64,000 bases of DNA from Escherichia coli (lineage in GTDB: Bacteria; Pseudomonadota; Gammaproteobacteria; Enterobacterales; Enterobacteriaceae): assembly GCF_003018255.1 (NCBI RefSeq), contig NZ_CP027440.1; one strand, given 5' to 3'. The notes below the pieces were generated by a model, which saw nothing but the letters and a program-made list of their open reading frames with translations, was not told where the DNA came from and searched no databases. The translations under genes and the position numbers were made by a program. Positions within the stretch are counted from its first letter, which is position 1, and each line of letters begins with the position of its first letter. Shown piece after piece: positions 60,033 to 64,000 of the stretch.

Positions 60033-61031
60033 TTACGCGTCCGGGAACTCACGGATAAAGCGTTCGACATCTTCAACCATATGGTCGTTGCCGACAAAGA
60101 ATGAACGGCGCTGGTGCAGGGTTTCCGGGATGATATCCAGAATACGCTCTTTGCCATCGCTCGCTTTACCGCCTGCTTGTTCCGCCAGGAATGCCATCGG
60201 GTTGCACTCATACAGTAAACGCAGTTTACCGTCCGGGTGGCTGGCGGTGCTTGGGTAGAGATAAATACCGCCTTTCAGCAGGTTACGGTGGAAATCCGCG
60301 ACCAGTGAACCGATATAACGTGAGGTATACGGGCGGTTGGTGGATTTATCTTCTTCCTGGCAGAATTTAATGTACTTCTTCACCCCGTTCGGAAACTTAA
60401 TGTAGTTTCCTTCGTTGATGGAGTAGGTTTTGCCTTTCTCCGGGAAGCGCATCCGTTCCTGGCACAGGCAGAAAACACCCAGCGAAGGATCATAAGTAAA
60501 GGCGTGAACACCGCATCCGGTGGTGTAAACCAGCATAGTAGAGGAGCCGTATACCACGTAACCTGCCGCAACCTGTTTGTTACCAGGCTGGAGGAAATCT
60601 TCTTCCGTTACCGGCGTGCCAACAGGCGTAACGCGGCGGTAGATGGAGAAAATGGTACCGACAGAGACGTTAACATCGATGTTGGACGAGCCATCCAGTG
60701 GGTCCATCAGCACCACGTATTTTGCGTGTTCACAGCCTTCAAAGACGACAATCTCATCTTCTTCTTCAGAGGCAATGCCCGCAACGATATCGCGTGCTTT
60801 CAGTGCGGCTTTCAGTTTCTCATTAGCGAACAGGTCGAGTTTCTGCTGAACCTCGCCCTGCACGTTCTCAGCACCGCTGGCACCCAGGATATCAACCAGT
60901 CCTGCTTTGTTGATATCGCGATGGATAATCTTGGCGCCCAGTTTTATTGCCGACAGCAAAGCAGTGAGCTCACCGGTAGCATGAGAAAACTCGTGCTGCT
61001 TTTCGACAATAAATTCACCTAACGTTTTCAT
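60033..61031 (-). CDS. fbp: Fructose-1,6-bisphosphatase class 1
   Basis: ORF track 60033..61094; start at [26 protein letters not shown], 332 aa. Confidence 0.95.
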
Positions 61032-61206
61032 AAAACTTTCCCTGCAATGTTTATGGAGTAAAGCGACCGCAACAATCTTAACAAATAATCCCAATGTTGC
61101 GCTCAGGTGAATCGCGCCAGCAAATTACGGATTATCCTGAAATGCGTTTCTCACTTGCCCGACATATGCGTAAAATGAGCGCCAGATTAAAAAAGGATAG
61201 TGACGT

Positions 61207-62580
61207 ATGCGCATTCATATTTTAGGAATTTGTGGCACGTTTATGGGCGGTCTGGCGATGCTGGCGCGCCAGTTAGGCCATGAAGTAACGGGTTCGGACG
61301 CCAATGTGTATCCGCCGATGAGCACCTTACTTGAGAAGCAAGGCATTGAACTGATTCAGGGTTACGATGCCAGCCAGCTCGATCCACAGCCGGATCTGGT
61401 GATTATTGGTAACGCCATGACCCGTGGAAATCCGTGTGTGGAAGCGGTACTGGAAAAAAACATCCCTTATATGTCAGGTCCGCAGTGGCTGCACGATTTT
61501 GTGCTGCGCGACCGCTGGGTGCTGGCCGTTGCCGGTACACATGGCAAAACCACCACCGCGGGAATGGCAACCTGGATTCTGGAACAGTGCGGTTACAAAC
61601 CGGGATTTGTGATCGGCGGTGTGCCGGGGAACTTTGAGGTTTCGGCGCGTCTGGGCGAAAGCGACTTCTTTGTTATCGAAGCGGATGAGTATGACTGCGC
61701 CTTCTTCGACAAACGCTCTAAATTTGTCCATTACTGCCCGCGTACGCTGATCCTCAACAACCTTGAGTTCGATCACGCCGATATCTTTGACGACCTGAAA
61801 GCGATCCAGAAACAGTTCCACCATCTGGTGCGTATCGTTCCGGGGCAGGGCCGTATTATCTGGCCGGAAAATGACATCAACCTGAAACAGACCATGGCGA
61901 TGGGCTGCTGGAGCGAGCAGGAGCTGGTGGGCGAGCAAGGTCACTGGCAGGCGAAAAAGCTGACCACCGATGCTTCCGAATGGGAAGTCTTGCTGGATGG
62001 CGAAAAAGTGGGCGAAGTGAAATGGTCGCTGGTAGGCGAACATAATATGCACAATGGCCTGATGGCGATTGCGGCGGCTCGCCATGTTGGTGTAGCGCCG
62101 GCAGATGCCGCTAACGCGCTGGGTTCGTTTATTAATGCTCGTCGCCGTCTGGAGTTGCGTGGTGAAGCGAATGGTGTGACGGTATATGACGATTTTGCCC
62201 ATCACCCGACGGCGATTCTGGCAACGCTTGCGGCGCTGCGTGGCAAAGTTGGTGGTACGGCGCGCATTATTGCCGTGCTGGAACCGCGCTCAAACACCAT
62301 GAAAATGGGGATCTGCAAAGACGATCTGGCACCTTCATTAGGTCGTGCCGATGAAGTCTTCCTGCTGCAACCGGCGCATATTCCGTGGCAGGTGGCAGAA
62401 GTGGCAGAAGCCTGCGTTCAGCCTGCACACTGGAGCGGCGATGTGGATACGCTGGCAGATATGGTGGTGAAAACCGCTCAGCCGGGCGATCACATTCTGG
62501 TGATGAGTAACGGCGGTTTTGGTGGGATCCATCAGAAACTGCTGGATGGGTTAGCGAAGAAAGCGGAAGCCGCGCAGTAA
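61207..62580 (+). CDS. mpl: UDP-N-acetylmuramate:L-alanyl-gamma-D-glutamyl-meso-diaminopimelate ligase
   Basis: 457 aa MRIHILGICGTFMGGLAMLARQLGHEVTGSD, Mur-ligase family. Confidence 0.95.
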   Translation: MRIHILGICGTFMGGLAMLARQLGHEVTGSDANVYPPMSTLLEKQGIELIQGYDASQLDPQPDLVIIGNAMTRGNPCVEAVLEKNIPYMSGPQWLHDFVLRDRWVLAVAGTHGKTTTAGMATWILEQCGYKPGFVIGGVPGNFEVSARLGESDFFVIEADEYDCAFFDKRSKFVHYCPRTLILNNLEFDHADIFDDLKAIQKQFHHLVRIVPGQGRIIWPENDINLKQTMAMGCWSEQELVGEQGHWQAKKLTTDASEWEVLLDGEKVGEVKWSLVGEHNMHNGLMAIAAARHVGVAPADAANALGSFINARRRLELRGEANGVTVYDDFAHHPTAILATLAALRGKVGGTARIIAVLEPRSNTMKMGICKDDLAPSLGRADEVFLLQPAHIPWQVAEVAEACVQPAHWSGDVDTLADMVVKTAQPGDHILVMSNGGFGGIHQKLLDGLAKKAEAAQ

Positions 62581-62589
62581 TTCACAGCC

Positions 62590-62720
62590 TCAGCCTGATA
62601 GAGTGTGTGTAGGCCGGATAAGGCGTTCACGCCGCATCCGGCATTTGAGCATAGTGCCTGATGCGACGCTTGATGCGTCTTATCAGGCCTACAGGTGCAC
62701 CGCATCCGGCAAACCATACT
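62590..62720. repeat. REP/BIME repeats
   Basis: gtaggccggataaggcgttcacgccgcatccggc...gcctgatgcgacgcttgatgcgtcttatcaggcctac...caccgcatccggca between mpl and yjgA. Confidence 0.8.
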
Positions 62721-62737
62721 CACATCAACAACGAAAA

Positions 62738-63289
62738 TTACCCTTCGTTTTCCGCTAACTCACGCAGATACTGGAAAATCTGGCGCGCGGATTTCGGCGG
62801 CTTATTCCCTTCTTTCTCTTTCTTCGCGTTACGGATCAGAGTACGCAGTTGCTGACGATCGGCATCGGGCCACAGATTCAATACTTCAGCGATGGCGTCA
62901 TCACCTTGCTCGATCAGACGATCGCGCAGGTTTTCCAGTTTATGGAACAACACCACTTGCTGGTTGTGGCGGTTTTTCAGCTTATCCAGCGCCTGACGAA
63001 TAGGCTCAACATCGCGCTGGCGCAGCATCTTACCGATGAGCTGCAACTGGCGGCGGCGACCTTCCATCTTAATACGCTGGGCGAGCTCAATAGCCGCGCG
63101 CAGATCCGCATCTAACGGGATCTTATCCAGCGCGTTTTTCCCCAGATCAACAATTTCCGCGCCAAGGCGTTTTAGCTCCTCGGCATCGCGTTTAATTTCA
63201 CTTTTACTGACCCAGATAATTTCATCGTCTTCGTCTTCGATGTCATCACCGGGAACGTCGTCGAGCCAGTCTTCGGGCTGCTTAGTCAT
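62738..63289 (-). CDS. yjgA: Ribosome-associated protein YjgA (DUF615)
   Basis: 183 aa [35 protein letters not shown]. Confidence 0.92.
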   Translation of the reverse strand: MTKQPEDWLDDVPGDDIEDEDDEIIWVSKSEIKRDAEELKRLGAEIVDLGKNALDKIPLDADLRAAIELAQRIKMEGRRRQLQLIGKMLRQRDVEPIRQALDKLKNRHNQQVVLFHKLENLRDRLIEQGDDAIAEVLNLWPDADRQQLRTLIRNAKKEKEGNKPPKSARQIFQYLRELAENEG

Positions 63290-63382
63290 CTCAGGCTCCT
63301 TAAAAAAAGAGGCTAATGTTACCAGTTAAGATGCGCACTGAAAAACGGTTCTCTGTTAGACTTCAGAGAAACTCTCTACATT

Positions 63383-64000
63383 ATGGCACTTGCAATGAAA
63401 GTAATCTCTCAAGTTGAAGCGCAGCGCAAGATTCTGGAAGAAGCAGTTTCGACTGCGCTGGAGTTGGCCTCAGGCAAATCGGACGGTGCAGAAGTTGCCG
63501 TCAGCAAGACCACCGGCATTAGCGTAAGCACGCGTTATGGTGAAGTGGAGAATGTTGAATTCAATAGCGATGGCGCGTTGGGGATCACTGTTTATCACCA
63601 GAACCGCAAAGGTAGCGCATCGTCTACCGATTTAAGCCCGCAGGCCATTGCCCGCACCGTACAGGCGGCGCTAGATATTGCCCGTTATACCTCGCCAGAT
63701 CCCTGTGCCGGCGTGGCAGACAAAGAGCTGCTGGCCTTTGACGCACCGGATCTCGACTTGTTCCACCCTGCGGAAGTTTCCCCGGATGAAGCCATTGAAC
63801 TGGCGGCCCGCGCAGAACAGGCAGCATTGCAGGCGGACAAACGCATCACCAATACCGAAGGTGGCAGCTTTAACAGCCACTACGGTGTCAAAGTTTTTGG
63901 CAACAGCCACGGCATGTTGCAGGGTTACTGCTCTACGCGTCATTCGCTCTCCAGCTGTGTAATTGCCGAAGAAAATGGCGATATGGAGCGTGATTACGCC
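63383..64000 (+). CDS. pmbA: Metalloprotease PmbA (TldE), 5' portion (partial, continues past window end)
   Basis: ATG at 63383 opens [38 protein letters not shown]..., open to the window edge; not in the ORF track because no stop is reached. Confidence 0.88.

Overview
This window reads as an Escherichia coli chromosomal segment running hflX(3' end)-hflKC-yjeT-purA-nsrR-rnr-rlmB-yjfIJKLMC-aidB-yjfN-bsmA-yjfP-ulaR/ulaGABCDEF-yjfY-rpsF-priB-rpsR-rplI ... ytfB-fklB-cycA-ytfE-ytfF-qorB-ytfH-cpdB-cysQ-ytfJ-ytfK-ytfL-msrA-tamA-tamB-ytfP-ppa-ytfQRT-yjfF-fbp-mpl-yjgA-pmbA(5' end). Gene identities were assigned by recognising the translated ORFs; no search was run. Most of the window is conserved core genome. 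The exception is a ~10.5 kb accessory cassette (about 24.74-35.27 kb) between the rplI terminator and the 3' end of ytfB. It holds (i) a two-gene HipB-like HTH / HipA-family Ser/Thr kinase module, a putative type II toxin-antitoxin pair with an unusually long antitoxin tail and a perfect palindrome at its start, and (ii) a tightly packed six-gene minus-strand operon (SDR dehydrogenase, TIM-barrel isomerase/dehydratase-like, enoyl-CoA hydratase, YdiF-like CoA-transferase, large FAD flavoprotein, ExuT-like MFS transporter) with a divergent TetR-family regulator and palindromic operator candidates. From memory, K-12 carries yjfZ/ytfA at this position instead. Two other K-12 features appear absent: chpSB between ytfP and ppa, and ytfI between cysQ and ytfJ. 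No tRNA, rRNA, CRISPR array, integrase or IS element was found. Start codons were adjusted from the ORF track where the known protein N-terminus was recognised; GC content and repeat statements are by eye, not computed.
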